From assembly GCA_965204725.1 (NCBI GenBank), contig OZ242005.1:4608001-4672000 (forward strand): a stretch of DNA of 64,000 nucleotides, read 5' to 3'. The position numbers and the translations under genes were made by a program. The DNA comes from Candidatus Latescibacterota bacterium. Lineage in GTDB: Bacteria; Latescibacterota; UBA2968; UBA8231. The notes beneath the pieces are model-generated. The model made no database searches and had not been told where the DNA came from. It saw only the letters and a program-made list of their open reading frames with translations. The first letter of the stretch is position 1. Each line of letters begins with the position of its first letter. Shown here piece after piece: positions 8,433-19,249 of this stretch.

Positions 8433-10904
8433 TCACCGCTTCTTCACCGTCCGCCGCTTCTTCCGCTTCCCTCCCACTTCCGCCGCCAGCGGCGCTTGCA
8501 ACTGCTCGTACAGCGCAAAGAGATGCTCCACGCGCTCTCGTTCCGAGGCGAAGCGGGCGCGGCGATAGAGGCTATCTACGGCGCGGTCGAGGGCTGAGTG
8601 CGCTCGGCGCAAATCAGGTGGCATGGCGTCTGGGTCGTAGAGATCGGCGAGGGTGGCGTTTGGGTGGTTGGCGCGGGCCGCGAGCACTGCGTCGGCGTGA
8701 GGCGCGAGGCGTTGTAAGTCTTGCTCGGAGACAGGTGGGAGCGGAAAAGTGTTATAGACGACGCCGATGGAATAGCGGTAACTGCTTCCCAAGCGTCCAC
8801 CGAAATGGCGCATCCACGCCATGTGCATGGCAGAAGTGAGCAGGGCAAATGTCGGCTTGGTTGCATTGACGAGGACGCGGACGAGGTTGCTCGGAACGAC
8901 CGGCGGTTCTAGCCAGCCTATGGGCACATATTCGCGCCGCTCGGAACTCACTTCCGGGACGACTAGGAACGGGGCATCGGGAATGAGATTGATCTGGAAC
9001 AATGTCGGCGTATCCGCCAAGGCTTGCGTTGATGCGCGGTTGCTTTTCTTACGCAAGGCTCGCACCGCAGCCACACGCTCGCGCAGGGCCGGTGCCTGAC
9101 GCAGCAGATTAGGCGGTGCTTCGCCGAGCCAAAGAATCCAGCGTTTCTTACCGTTGAGATACTCTTGACTGCCGACGAAAGGACGAATGTAGGGTTCGGC
9201 CTCGGGACACTCCTCAAGCAGCTTGGCGCGCTGGTCTTCATTGAGGATGTAGAGACCACCATCAATGGGTTGTGACCCGGTCACGAGCTTCGCCAGCCCA
9301 TTGATCGGCTGGCTCGCCGTGCCCACGACCAAATGCGGATTGGCCAGCCCGCCGCCGTCGAACAGGTACGGCGTGATTGCCGCGAGGTTGGTTTCCTCCG
9401 GCTCGCCGTGGATGTCGGGATAGGCAAACAGCCGCTTTTCCCGGGGCGTCGCTTCCCGTTTGTCCAGCCCGATAATCACCACGTGAACGTGCGCCTTGCC
9501 ACGCGCATCCGAACCCCAAGCAAACGTGCGGTGAGCAAAGGCAATGTCGAGGCGGCAGCGGTTGAACAAGATCGGCCAAAGCTGCGCCACCTGCTCGCCC
9601 TGCGTAATGGAATTAGTCGCCACAAACCCAATGCGCGGATTGCCCTGCTGCGCGTACTCGCCAGCGCGTATAAACCAAGCCGCCACGTAGTCGAGGGTGC
9701 CGCCGCTGCCGCCCAGTGCGGCGACCTGTTGCACCCGCTGCCGCTGCTCAGGCGACTGAAACTTCGCGCCCACAAACGGCGGATTGCCGAACACATAAGA
9801 GCATTCCACCGGCGGCAGCAGCTCGGCCCAGTCCATGGTGAGCGCGTCCGCGTTGCGGATGTGCGGCGACTGCTCAATAGGGATGCGCGTGTAGGTCTGG
9901 CCGAATTCTAGGCTCAGCCGGTTGTTCATAATGTGGTCCATCATCCACAGCGCGGTCTCGGCGATGCGCGCTGGAAACTCGCTAATCTCAATGCCATAGA
10001 ACTGATCAACATTGACTACGGAAAGCAGTTCGGCGAAGGCAGAAAGTTGGCCGGATGGGTGCAACTGGCGCAAGACCTCAATCTCGAGCTGCCGCAACTC
10101 GCGGTACGCAATGATGAGAAAGTTTCCGCAGCCGCACGCCGGGTCGAGAAACCGCAACTGCCCCAGCTTTTGCTGAAAAGCGTATAGATCGGGGATGCGG
10201 CGGTTGTCGCGCCGGGCCTTCAGGCGAGCGAATTCGGCCCGCAGGTCGTCTAAAAATAGCGGCTCAATTACCTTGCGGATGTTCTGCTCGGTGGTGTAGT
10301 GAGCACCCTGAGCGCGGCGCGCGGCGGGTTCCATCACCGATTGGAACAACGCGCCGAAGATGGCCGGAGAAATCGCGGTCCAGTCGAACAAGCAAGCGTC
10401 AATCAGGCTCTGGCGCATTTCAGCGTCAAAGTCGGGGATGCGCAACGGCGCGGCGAACAACGCGCCGTTGATATACGGGAAGTGCGCCAAGTCCTCGTCG
10501 AGCTTGGCCTGCCGCCGATCTTCCGGCGTGTTCAAGGCTTGAAACAGCCGCGCCAGATAGGGGCCGAGGTCGCTGCCGTCGGCTGAGGTGCGCTCCTCAA
10601 TGAATTGCAAGAAAATGTCGCGTGGCTCAAAGATGCCGGTGTCGTCGGCAAACAAGCAAAACACCATGCGGACGAGGAAAAGCTCCAAGTCGTGGCCGTC
10701 GTAGCCCGACTCCGCGAGCGCGTCGTGCAGGCGCGCAATGCGCTCGGACGCCTCGATGTTGACCGGGTCTTGGTCGCGGAAGGTGCGCCGCTGCACCCCG
10801 ATGATAAAGCCAAATTTTTCAACGTGCTGCGGCAAGTCGGCGAGGGCAAAGCGCGTCTGTTCGCGGCCGGCGCGAGCGCGAATTTCGTTCCACGAAAGGC
10901 GCAT
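8433..10904 (-). CDS. MmeI-like type IIL m6A methyltransferase-TRD, N-terminal endonuclease domain apparently deleted in-frame
   Basis: FLDPACGCGNF (motif I), GNPPF (motif IV), GAHYT, MmeI-type C-terminus LADLYDP; MRLSWNEIRARA joins directly to the post-nuclease segment. Confidence 0.85.
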   Translation of the reverse strand: MRLSWNEIRARAGREQTRFALADLPQHVEKFGFIIGVQRRTFRDQDPVNIEASERIARLHDALAESGYDGHDLELFLVRMVFCLFADDTGIFEPRDIFLQFIEERTSADGSDLGPYLARLFQALNTPEDRRQAKLDEDLAHFPYINGALFAAPLRIPDFDAEMRQSLIDACLFDWTAISPAIFGALFQSVMEPAARRAQGAHYTTEQNIRKVIEPLFLDDLRAEFARLKARRDNRRIPDLYAFQQKLGQLRFLDPACGCGNFLIIAYRELRQLEIEVLRQLHPSGQLSAFAELLSVVNVDQFYGIEISEFPARIAETALWMMDHIMNNRLSLEFGQTYTRIPIEQSPHIRNADALTMDWAELLPPVECSYVFGNPPFVGAKFQSPEQRQRVQQVAALGGSGGTLDYVAAWFIRAGEYAQQGNPRIGFVATNSITQGEQVAQLWPILFNRCRLDIAFAHRTFAWGSDARGKAHVHVVIIGLDKREATPREKRLFAYPDIHGEPEETNLAAITPYLFDGGGLANPHLVVGTASQPINGLAKLVTGSQPIDGGLYILNEDQRAKLLEECPEAEPYIRPFVGSQEYLNGKKRWILWLGEAPPNLLRQAPALRERVAAVRALRKKSNRASTQALADTPTLFQINLIPDAPFLVVPEVSSERREYVPIGWLEPPVVPSNLVRVLVNATKPTFALLTSAMHMAWMRHFGGRLGSSYRYSIGVVYNTFPLPPVSEQDLQRLAPHADAVLAARANHPNATLADLYDPDAMPPDLRRAHSALDRAVDSLYRRARFASERERVEHLFALYEQLQAPLAAEVGGKRKKRRTVKKR

Positions 10905-10924
10905 GACGATGGGTTGCGGACTGA

Positions 10925-11974
10925 TTAAGGACGGGTCGCTTCCGCATTTTGCCGCCTAATGGGATATTGCGGAAGGTCGCGCTCAATTTCTCGGTCGTAG
11001 AGTTCAGTGAAGGTATCCGCAATCGCGTTGGGATGAATGTCGAGATAGTTACTTGCCGTGCGACAAGCTATCTCGCCCGTCTCGTCAAAGTATAGCGAGT
11101 GGAAGGCGACCGCATCCTCGGCTCGCGTACGGAGGTCAATCTCCTTGAGAACGACGTAGTCGTGAGTTGCTAGGAATACCTGAACGCCAGCGCGTTGCAG
11201 TTGCAGCAGGACATCAATTAGCGCACCTAACAGCTTAGGGTTCAGGTTGGTCTCAGGCTCATCCCAAAACAGTACCGAACCGTTCTGCAAAGTGCCATTT
11301 TGTATTAAAAGCCACAACAATCCCAACTTACGCATGCCCTCGGCAAGCAGGGTGAACTCCAAGGTTCCCTTTTTGTTCTTGAGAAAAAACTCCTCACTCT
11401 TGATCGTCACTTTTCCATCGATCTCTTCTTGCAAACGAGCGAGCAAACGTCTGTTCAGAGCATCCGACTTGCCGCGCAGTAACGGGATGTAAGCCCGGTC
11501 CAGAATATCCGCATAAACTTCTTCAAAGTGTATTTCGCGTTCCGAGTAAAGCGAGCGAAAGCCAGGTGCATTAGAGAGCATCTCCTTCACCGGAATATAG
11601 GTGCTTTTTAATGAAGAATCTTTCCAAGAATCAGCACCAGTTACAGAAACATAGGCGGAATTTGGTGATTTAATGCGATTGGAGAAACGGACTCCCAATC
11701 GTCGGTCGCCGCGATACACGTCCACGGATGCGACTCCCGGCTGCCGTTTGACGAGGCGTCCTAGGAAGCGGCCTGACGGAAGTAGCACCCGCATCAACTT
11801 CTCGGCGAAGTGGACGTCCGCTTTAGAAGAGTCACACGCCGCATATAGGACCTTCATCAAATGGGTCTTGCCGGTGCCGTTTGCGCCCACTAAGACGTTA
11901 ATCCCGGGGCAAAGCTCCAATTCCAAGTTCGAGAACGCAGTAAAGCGTCTCAATTGTACTTTCGTCAGAGTCAT
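10925..11974 (-). CDS. ABC/AAA_21-type ATPase (defence-associated type)
   Basis: Walker A GANGTGKT, signature LAEGMRK, Walker B LFWDEPE, H-loop ATH; no TM partner. Confidence 0.85.
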   Translation of the reverse strand: MTLTKVQLRRFTAFSNLELELCPGINVLVGANGTGKTHLMKVLYAACDSSKADVHFAEKLMRVLLPSGRFLGRLVKRQPGVASVDVYRGDRRLGVRFSNRIKSPNSAYVSVTGADSWKDSSLKSTYIPVKEMLSNAPGFRSLYSEREIHFEEVYADILDRAYIPLLRGKSDALNRRLLARLQEEIDGKVTIKSEEFFLKNKKGTLEFTLLAEGMRKLGLLWLLIQNGTLQNGSVLFWDEPETNLNPKLLGALIDVLLQLQRAGVQVFLATHDYVVLKEIDLRTRAEDAVAFHSLYFDETGEIACRTASNYLDIHPNAIADTFTELYDREIERDLPQYPIRRQNAEATRP

Positions 11975-12104
11975 AACATCCTCACTCGGCTACACGCGCC
12001 TCACATAGGCTCCCTATGGTCTTAGAGGTTGGGTGAGATTTTTGGTCCGCGTACTGTGAGTCCCCACCGCCTTGCGGTATCTCTTTTGGTTCTATGACCG
12101 CTTG

Positions 12105-12839
12105 CTACTGAAACAACTGCGTCGTCGGCTTGATCACCAAGAGGGGGACGCAGGCGCGGGCCGGTAGCGAGGCGACGAAGAGCGCGGCTTGGGCCAACTC
12201 TTCCGGTTGCAGCATGGCGGCCCGGCGTTGGGCACTGACGGGTTCGGGTCGCTGGGCCAAAATCGGCGTCTCGACCTCGCCGGGGCAAATCGCGCAGGCG
12301 CGGATGCCGGACGCGGCTTCTTCCTCGTTGATCGAGTTCGTCAGCGCTACGGCTCCGTGCTTGGAGGCCGAGTACGCGGCACCGGCTAGCTTGCTGGCCC
12401 GCAGGCCGGCGATGGACGAAATCGCGATGATGAGGCCGTCGTTTTGTCGTCGCATCCCCGGCAACACCGCCCGCACCATGTTGTACACCCCGGTGAGGTT
12501 GATGGCAATGGTTTGGTCCCAGGCCTCGGGCACCACTTCGCCGACCGAGCGCGGATTGGTGTTGATGCCGGCGTTGTTGACTAGCACATCGACGGCACCC
12601 CACTCGGCTTCAACCGCGGACGCTAGGGTTGCGACCGCGCCGCGGTCAGAGACGTCGCAGGAGTGGAGCAGGACCCGCTCGGCATCGAGGCCAGCGGCCG
12701 CGGCCGCGAGCGGCTCGACACGGCGGCCGACAAACGCCACCCGCGCTCCGGCCTCGGCAAAACCGCGCGCTATGGCCGCGCCGATCCCAGTGCCCGCGCC
12801 GGTGACTACAACCACTTTATCAGCGAGTTGCCGCATCAT
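12105..12839 (-). CDS. SDR family oxidoreductase
   Basis: [17 protein letters not shown]. Confidence 0.92.
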   Translation of the reverse strand: MMRQLADKVVVVTGAGTGIGAAIARGFAEAGARVAFVGRRVEPLAAAAAGLDAERVLLHSCDVSDRGAVATLASAVEAEWGAVDVLVNNAGINTNPRSVGEVVPEAWDQTIAINLTGVYNMVRAVLPGMRRQNDGLIIAISSIAGLRASKLAGAAYSASKHGAVALTNSINEEEAASGIRACAICPGEVETPILAQRPEPVSAQRRAAMLQPEELAQAALFVASLPARACVPLLVIKPTTQLFQ

Positions 12840-14295
12840 CCTGCTCCTTTTTGAGTGCCCGCAAGCGCGAGGCTTCCTCGCGTTGCTTGTAAAACGAGTC
12901 GAGGGGAAAGCAACCCGAAATCATGCCGTTGCGCGGCGCGGTCGTGCAATCGGAAAACGTGCGGCAGAGGACGCGGCGTTGCAGGTGGCCGGTTTGCAGC
13001 ACGTCGCAGGGCAGGTCGGGATAGGACAAAACCATCCGCCCCAAGCCGATAAAATCCACCATGCCCGCCCGCACGAGGGCTTGCCCCACGTGCGGCAGAT
13101 ATTCTTGCAAGTAGGAATACCCCGATCCGACGAATAGGCTGCGCGGGAAGCGCGCCTTGAGTTGGGCGACCATGGCTACTTGCCGCGCCACCCCGCACAG
13201 CGGGTCTTCCGGCGGCAGGTAGCCATCGGACGGGGGAAAGAGTGCCGGCCGCTGGATGTGCGGATTGTAATAAGGGCTGCCGCAGGACAAGTTAAACAGG
13301 TCAACCCCCAAGCTCTCCAGCAAGGCGATAAACTGCTCGGCCTCGCCTAAGTCCATCTGCCGAGGATCGTCCCGATTGACGCCAAAGCCGTACTCGTAGG
13401 GTAGGCAGTTTTGGTACGGCTCGGGCACCCCGTGCCTTTTGCCCTCGTTGGGTGCGGGCCGGAAGGGCACCAAGTCGAAAGCACTCAGCCGCACCCCAAT
13501 GCCGAGGCCGGGGGCTCGGCTGCGGATCCCCTCGATGATGGAGCGGACAAAGCGCGTACGATTTGCAAAGGAGCCGCCAAAGGGACCGGGCCGCGTAAAC
13601 GCGCTGAGAAATTCGTGCCCTAGATAGCCGTGGCAATGCTTGATATCTACAAAGTGGTAGCCCAGCTCGTGGGCGATTTGTGCGCTGTCAACGTAGCGGC
13701 TGATCAACTCCTCGATATAGGCGTCCGTCAGGAGCGGATAGTCCGCGTCGAGGCCAAATTTGCGATCTAAGATGGGGTGGTGGTAGAGGATGGCCGGGGC
13801 GGCTTGGTCCTTGCGATAGGGTCGGCAAAACCGCCCCGAATGCGTCAGTTGCAGGCCGAGGAGCAGGTCGTCGGTGGTGCCGAATCGCTCGCGGTGTGCC
13901 GACAGGAGCAGGTCGCGCAGCTCGGCCATGCCGGCGCGGTTCTCCTCGTGCGCCATGAGTTGGTTCGGATTGGCGCGGCCCTCCGGCACCACGGCAAAGG
14001 CCTCCCCGCCCCATATCAGCTTGGCCCCGCTGCGCCCGAAATTCCGCCAGCGTCGGCGCGTCAAATCGCTCGGCTGGCCGTCTTCCGTCCCGTCCCATCC
14101 TTCCATCGGCTGAATGGCAAAGCGGTTGCCGATGTGGGCACCGCCGCTACGGGCCGGTTGGGCCAATGGGGAAGTGGGAGCGCTTTCGATTTGGTCGTCG
14201 CAGGGCAGTTGTGCGCCCAACCGGGCCAGATGAGCGCGAAAGTCCGCGGCCCGCTTAAAGCTGGAGATACGCGGATAGTGCGTCTGGGTCGTCAA
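12820..14295 (-). CDS. NADH:flavin oxidoreductase (Old Yellow Enzyme family)
   Basis: [33 protein letters not shown]; start placed at TTG 14295, overlapping the lgt stop. Confidence 0.85.
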   Translation of the reverse strand: MTTQTHYPRISSFKRAADFRAHLARLGAQLPCDDQIESAPTSPLAQPARSGGAHIGNRFAIQPMEGWDGTEDGQPSDLTRRRWRNFGRSGAKLIWGGEAFAVVPEGRANPNQLMAHEENRAGMAELRDLLLSAHRERFGTTDDLLLGLQLTHSGRFCRPYRKDQAAPAILYHHPILDRKFGLDADYPLLTDAYIEELISRYVDSAQIAHELGYHFVDIKHCHGYLGHEFLSAFTRPGPFGGSFANRTRFVRSIIEGIRSRAPGLGIGVRLSAFDLVPFRPAPNEGKRHGVPEPYQNCLPYEYGFGVNRDDPRQMDLGEAEQFIALLESLGVDLFNLSCGSPYYNPHIQRPALFPPSDGYLPPEDPLCGVARQVAMVAQLKARFPRSLFVGSGYSYLQEYLPHVGQALVRAGMVDFIGLGRMVLSYPDLPCDVLQTGHLQRRVLCRTFSDCTTAPRNGMISGCFPLDSFYKQREEASRLRALKKEQDDAATR

Positions 14296-15050
14296 GGCGT
14301 CTCTCGCTCCCGGCGTTGCAGGTACAGCATCAACCCCAAGCCGAAGACCATCATGGCGATGCTGAGGAACTGGGCTTGGCTCAGGCCCCACAGCACCCGC
14401 GGATTGACCCGAATGAACTCCACCGCGAACCGCGCCAGCCCGGCGAGGATGAGATAGAAGCTGAACGACAGCCCCGCGATCGCCAAGCGGGTCCGCATTT
14501 TCCACAAGAAGGCCGCAATCCCTAAGTGCGCGAGGGTTTCGTACACCGGCGCGGGATGGACCTTTTCAAGAGTCGGCACCACCCCATTGGGATAGGCCAT
14601 GCCCCAAGGAAGGTCCGTCGGCACCCCGTAGTCGCCATCGCCGGCGAGTTGGCAGCCGATCCGCCCAACCCCATAGCCCACAGCGAGGGCAATGCCCACC
14701 GCGTCGGCGACTTGGCCCAGCGGCGCGTTGTGGCGGCGAATTTGCCACAACACGCCAGCCGCGGCGACGACGAACCCCCCGTACCAAGTCAAGCCGTAGC
14801 CGGAAAACAGCAGGTCGGATAGCTCGGCCCAACTCTCAGGCGAGGTCTCAAATAACACAAAGTAGAGCTTGGCCCCGACTAGCCCGCCGATCATGCAGGT
14901 GGTGACAATCGTCGATCCCAGCTCTTCGTGCAGCCCTTGACGCCTGAACTCGCGGTTGAGCACGTGCAGGGCCGCTAGGAAACCGAGGGCGACCATGAGG
15001 CCAAACGTGCCAATGCTAATGGGGCCGATCTCAAATAGGTAGGGGTACAT
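14292..15050 (-). CDS. lgt: Prolipoprotein diacylglyceryl transferase
   Basis: [33 protein letters not shown] motifs; multi-TM. Confidence 0.9.
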   Translation of the reverse strand: MYPYLFEIGPISIGTFGLMVALGFLAALHVLNREFRRQGLHEELGSTIVTTCMIGGLVGAKLYFVLFETSPESWAELSDLLFSGYGLTWYGGFVVAAAGVLWQIRRHNAPLGQVADAVGIALAVGYGVGRIGCQLAGDGDYGVPTDLPWGMAYPNGVVPTLEKVHPAPVYETLAHLGIAAFLWKMRTRLAIAGLSFSFYLILAGLARFAVEFIRVNPRVLWGLSQAQFLSIAMMVFGLGLMLYLQRRERETP

Positions 15051-15052
15051 AG

Positions 15053-18000
15053 TCAGATATTTTTGCGGCCCAGTGCTTCGATCTGTCGCTTGAGTGCCGT
15101 GGCGATCTCGTAGTAAATCTCATAGGGACTCAACGCCTCGCCGCATTCCTTAAAAGAGGTGGTTTCGAGGGGGGGGCCAAAGAGCAAGCGCAAGGGGTGG
15201 CGCACGGGTTTGCGCGTCCCCTTGGGCAGGGCCTCGCGGGTGCCGGCAATGTGCAGGGGGACTACGGGTGCGTCGAGCTCGTACGCCAAAAGCCCCACGC
15301 CGGCCTTAAAGGGCTGTAGCTGGCCGTTGACCGAGCGCGTGCCTTCGGGAAAGACCAGCAAGGGGCGGCGCACTCCCACCAATTGCCGCGCCCGCACCAA
15401 GCCGGCGGCAAAATCGCCGGGGCCGTCCAAGGGAACGGCGTTGGCAAAGGTGTACAAAAACAGGCGCAGCTCGGAGTCGGCGAGGGAATGCTCGCTGGTT
15501 GCGATGTTGAGGTGATCCACTCGGGAGCGCACGGCCGCGTACACGCAAGCACCGTCGAGGTGGCTGGCGTGGTTGGCGGCAATCAGGTAGGGCCGATCTT
15601 GCGGCAGGTGCTCTAGACCGCCAGCCCGGAAGTCGAAAAAACGGCGGAATAGGGGGCCGCCGGTCTCCCACAGAATCTCTTGCAGCATCTTTTTGCCGGC
15701 CTCGCTCTCTGGCTCGACGCTCGGCTCGGCATGCAACACACCCGACCAGTACGCGGGCGATGGCTCGACCTCCCAGTTCACCCCGTCGCGCAAGTGAGCC
15801 TCTATCCGCGCCAAGACGCGGCGGAGCGTGTCCTGTGGGCGCAAAAGCCCCTCGACTGGGGTCCCGAGCCGCTGGCCGAGCCATGCGGCGAACTCCACGG
15901 TCATCAGCGAATCCAACAAGGTGTCGAGCGGCGCGTCGATGTGCGCGGCTACCTCCCCAGTGCTCAGGCCGGCGAGGAGGCCGATTTGACGCTGGATCGC
16001 CTGCTCCCATTCCGGCAGGGCCGTGCCCGGGCAGTCTGCGCGCTCGATGGCAGACAACAGGGCTTGGCGGTCCACCGCGCCGTCGTCCAGCCTCGGCAAG
16101 GGTCGGGTCCAAAAGTGTAGGCACTGGATCCGGTGATGGCTGGGCAAGGTGCGCGAAACCTCGTAGGAGTGCGCTTGGATGGTCGTGCGCAAGTCCTCAA
16201 CCTCCTCGGCAGCGCGGTTGAGCACTGCGACGCCGTGTAATTCTTCGCCTCCGGTGCGCGCCGAAGGCACGCCGACCACGCACAGATCGGCCACGTGTGG
16301 CAAGCCTCGGTAGAGGGCTTCGACTTCGCGGGGATAGACGTTGTGGCCGGCCCCGTTGACGATGAGGTCTTTGCTCCGCCCCGCGACGAAGAGATAGCCG
16401 TCGTCGTCGAGGTGGCCCAGATCGCCGGTGTGGAGCCAGCCGTCGCGCAACACCGCTTGGGTCAGTGCCTCTTGGGAGCAGTACCCTTCCATGACGTTGG
16501 AGCCGCGCACCAAAACCTCGCCGACGCCGCGCTCGTCCGGTGCGGCGATCCGCACTTGCTGCCCCGGCAACACCTGCCCCACGGACCGGGCCTTGCACTG
16601 CTTGGGGGTGTTGACCGCCACGACCGAGGCCGCTTCGCTCAGGCCATAGCCTTGGCAAATCGCCACGCCGAGACGCTCGTACGCGGCGATGAGGTCGTCG
16701 GACAGGGCCGCGCCGACGCTGACGACCCGCCTCAGAGCAGCTAGCCCGGCCGTGGCCTCGGCCCCGAGGCGCTCGACGCGCTCGACCAAAACGCGCAACA
16801 GGCGCGGCGCGGTCAACAGCACGGTCGTTTCCGTATCGCGCAGGGCGCGGAGCATCTCGCGGCTGTTGACAGCCTCTAAATACGTGATGGTGGCCCCGCC
16901 GAGCAGCGGCAAGAGCAAGCCCCCAGTGAATTCGAGGGCTTGGTGCAGGGGCAAGGTCGAGAGCATGCGATCGGACTCGTAGATGCGGAGCACCTCGCCT
17001 TGGGCGAGGACGTTGGAGATGAGGTTGCGATGGCTCAACACCACCCCGCGCGGCTCGACGACCGAGGTAAAGAGGATCGACGCCGTGGCCGCAGGCTCAA
17101 CCTTTGGCAGCTTCGACCGGCCCTCTCCGACGGACGCGGCAGGCTCGGGTGCGCACCCGAACGGCAGCCCGTTGCGATCGACATTGAAAAAGGCCATTTC
17201 CCGGTGGGCTGCCACGCCCTCGGGCGAGAGCTGGGAAAAGCGCTTTTCGGTTGCAATCAGCGCCCTCGCTTGGACAAAGTCGCCCAGCCGCCAGATGTCT
17301 TGCTCGCGCGTCTGCGGACCGACGGGCACGACCGCGAGCCCAAGCAGGCTGGCCGCCATGTAGGCGACGACCCACTCCGGCCCGTTGTCTCCGCACAGCA
17401 GGACCCGCGCCCCAGCCGACACCCCTTGGGCACGCCAACTGCGTGCCACGCGCTCGGCGCGGGCGAGCAACTCGTCGTAGCTGACCCGCGTCCAGCCGGA
17501 CCGACGCTCAATTTGCAGGGCCGTCCTAGCTGCGTAGCGGCCGCAGGCCCAGCGCAACAGGTCCGGGATGGTGCGGATGCTTTCCTCAATGCGCCAGCGC
17601 TGTTCTTCGCCCCCTACTTCGCCGGGGGTCGCGCTCAACGGCTCTTGGTCGTCGGCCGCCCCACCCAGCTCGTGCCGCCGGAGGCCGGGCAGGTGGGTTT
17701 TCTGATAGTATTGATACCAGTCAATCCGCCGCACATCCATGTTGAAGAGCCGCTGCTCTTCTGGGGGCAGCGACTCGTAAAGGGCCAACATGCGCTTGGT
17801 TTCATAGCGGCAATCGAGGGTCGTGTACGGGCTGAATAAGTCGGTGAAGTACTGGACGCGCTTGAGTCGCGTCTTGAGTGCGGCCAAGCGGCGTTTCTTC
17901 TGGGCCGATGCCCAGCGCTCGGGCAGATACTCGTAGAGCTTTTGCTTTATCTCCAGCGGATAGAGGTACTTCCAGTTGAAAACGCGCTGGAAGCGGGCCA

Positions 18001-19249
18001 CCGGCGGGAAGGTCCAATCCGCGAGTTCGGGCCGCGAGCCGTCCTTGTTGAGCAGGGGGTATTCCTCAAAGTAGGACTTGATGTACTTGAACATCCGGGT
18101 GTTGGGCAGTGGATTTTCTTCGCTCGTCGCCGCGTGAAAGACTTCCACGGTGGAGGCGGTGGCCTGCGCGGCCGCCGCCAGCACGGTATTGACGACGATG
18201 TCCACGGGCACCAAGTCCATGGGCGCGCCAACGGCGGCCGGGAAGTCCGGGACGATGCCCCGCCCGTAAGCCACCACCAGCGGATCGGTCACTTTGAGCC
18301 CGTGGATCCAGCCGGGGTGCGGGTCTTGGAGCGCGCCTTCGGTGACGCTGGGACGCACGATGGCCAGTGGCACTTGGCCGCGGTGCTTGACGAGCAATTG
18401 TTCGCCCATGGCCTTGGTAAAAGTGTACACGTCATTCCAGCCGTAATGGCGCGCTCGGCGCATCCCTTCCTCGACCAACTCGCGCTCGGTCCAGCGGCGA
18501 CAGCGGTCGTCGATCAGCTTTTGCAAGCGGCTGTCCGACAGCGTCCGGCGGTGGCTTTGCTCGACGATCTCGCGGCGGAATGCTTGCTGTTGCTCGGCAC
18601 TGCGCGCTTGGGCGCGGATGGCTTGGCAGGTGGCTTGCGCTTGGGCGATCTCTTCTTCGGGGACGAAAGGTTGCGAAGGGGTGCGGCCATCGATTAGGTG
18701 CTGAATCGTGCGGTCTGTCGGCAGTGTGCGCTCGGGGACGGTTCCGGTGAGGCGACCGTTGACGTACGCGGTGGATACGTGGACTAAGACGGGATTTTTG
18801 CGGCCTTCGCGGGCCAGCCGCAAAAGCTCCTGCGGGGCCAAGGTGTTGAATTGGACCGCCGAGTCGAGCGGCTCGTCAAAGGTGACGCTGGCCGCGTTGC
18901 CGATGATGAGGTCCACTTCCGCGAGCAGTTCGTCGCGGGCCGCTTCGTCTAGCCCGAGGCCGGGCTGCTGCATGTCGCAGGCGAGGGCGCGCACCTTCTG
19001 CCGCGCCGCAGCAAAGGCGGCTGGCTCTTCGCGGCGGAAGCGGTCAAAGACGACTAGCTTAAAAAGCTCGTCTAGCCGCTCCTCTACCGGCCGCGCCACT
19101 CCACCCGGACCGCGACCGGGCCGCAGCGCGAGGTACACGCGCCGCACACCGGGCAAATAGCGCAGGATCTTGGCCGTCAGCCCCTGCCCGTAAAACCCGG
19201 TGCCGCCGGTCAGCAACACGGTGCGGTCCTCGTAGAATTCTCTGATCAT
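15053..19249 (-). CDS. Multidomain fatty acyl reductase-adenylation-ACP-acyltransferase (ElbD-like)
   Basis: FAR TGGTGFYG / HVSTAYV / YTFTK; A-domain GYGLSE, TGDLG, GRSKD; ACP LDSL; PlsC NHASHLD and FPEGTRS. Confidence 0.85.
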   Translation of the reverse strand: MIREFYEDRTVLLTGGTGFYGQGLTAKILRYLPGVRRVYLALRPGRGPGGVARPVEERLDELFKLVVFDRFRREEPAAFAAARQKVRALACDMQQPGLGLDEAARDELLAEVDLIIGNAASVTFDEPLDSAVQFNTLAPQELLRLAREGRKNPVLVHVSTAYVNGRLTGTVPERTLPTDRTIQHLIDGRTPSQPFVPEEEIAQAQATCQAIRAQARSAEQQQAFRREIVEQSHRRTLSDSRLQKLIDDRCRRWTERELVEEGMRRARHYGWNDVYTFTKAMGEQLLVKHRGQVPLAIVRPSVTEGALQDPHPGWIHGLKVTDPLVVAYGRGIVPDFPAAVGAPMDLVPVDIVVNTVLAAAAQATASTVEVFHAATSEENPLPNTRMFKYIKSYFEEYPLLNKDGSRPELADWTFPPVARFQRVFNWKYLYPLEIKQKLYEYLPERWASAQKKRRLAALKTRLKRVQYFTDLFSPYTTLDCRYETKRMLALYESLPPEEQRLFNMDVRRIDWYQYYQKTHLPGLRRHELGGAADDQEPLSATPGEVGGEEQRWRIEESIRTIPDLLRWACGRYAARTALQIERRSGWTRVSYDELLARAERVARSWRAQGVSAGARVLLCGDNGPEWVVAYMAASLLGLAVVPVGPQTREQDIWRLGDFVQARALIATEKRFSQLSPEGVAAHREMAFFNVDRNGLPFGCAPEPAASVGEGRSKLPKVEPAATASILFTSVVEPRGVVLSHRNLISNVLAQGEVLRIYESDRMLSTLPLHQALEFTGGLLLPLLGGATITYLEAVNSREMLRALRDTETTVLLTAPRLLRVLVERVERLGAEATAGLAALRRVVSVGAALSDDLIAAYERLGVAICQGYGLSEAASVVAVNTPKQCKARSVGQVLPGQQVRIAAPDERGVGEVLVRGSNVMEGYCSQEALTQAVLRDGWLHTGDLGHLDDDGYLFVAGRSKDLIVNGAGHNVYPREVEALYRGLPHVADLCVVGVPSARTGGEELHGVAVLNRAAEEVEDLRTTIQAHSYEVSRTLPSHHRIQCLHFWTRPLPRLDDGAVDRQALLSAIERADCPGTALPEWEQAIQRQIGLLAGLSTGEVAAHIDAPLDTLLDSLMTVEFAAWLGQRLGTPVEGLLRPQDTLRRVLARIEAHLRDGVNWEVEPSPAYWSGVLHAEPSVEPESEAGKKMLQEILWETGGPLFRRFFDFRAGGLEHLPQDRPYLIAANHASHLDGACVYAAVRSRVDHLNIATSEHSLADSELRLFLYTFANAVPLDGPGDFAAGLVRARQLVGVRRPLLVFPEGTRSVNGQLQPFKAGVGLLAYELDAPVVPLHIAGTREALPKGTRKPVRHPLRLLFGPPLETTSFKECGEALSPYEIYYEIATALKRQIEALGRKNI

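Noticed and set aside
12130-13137. Long antisense ORFs (also 16940-17839, 51416-52288)
   Set aside because: Shadow frames of GC-rich genes with no recognisable motifs
14296-14505. 70-aa N-terminal extension of the OYE ORF
   Set aside because: Overlaps lgt out of frame; TTG at 14295 gives a coupled start
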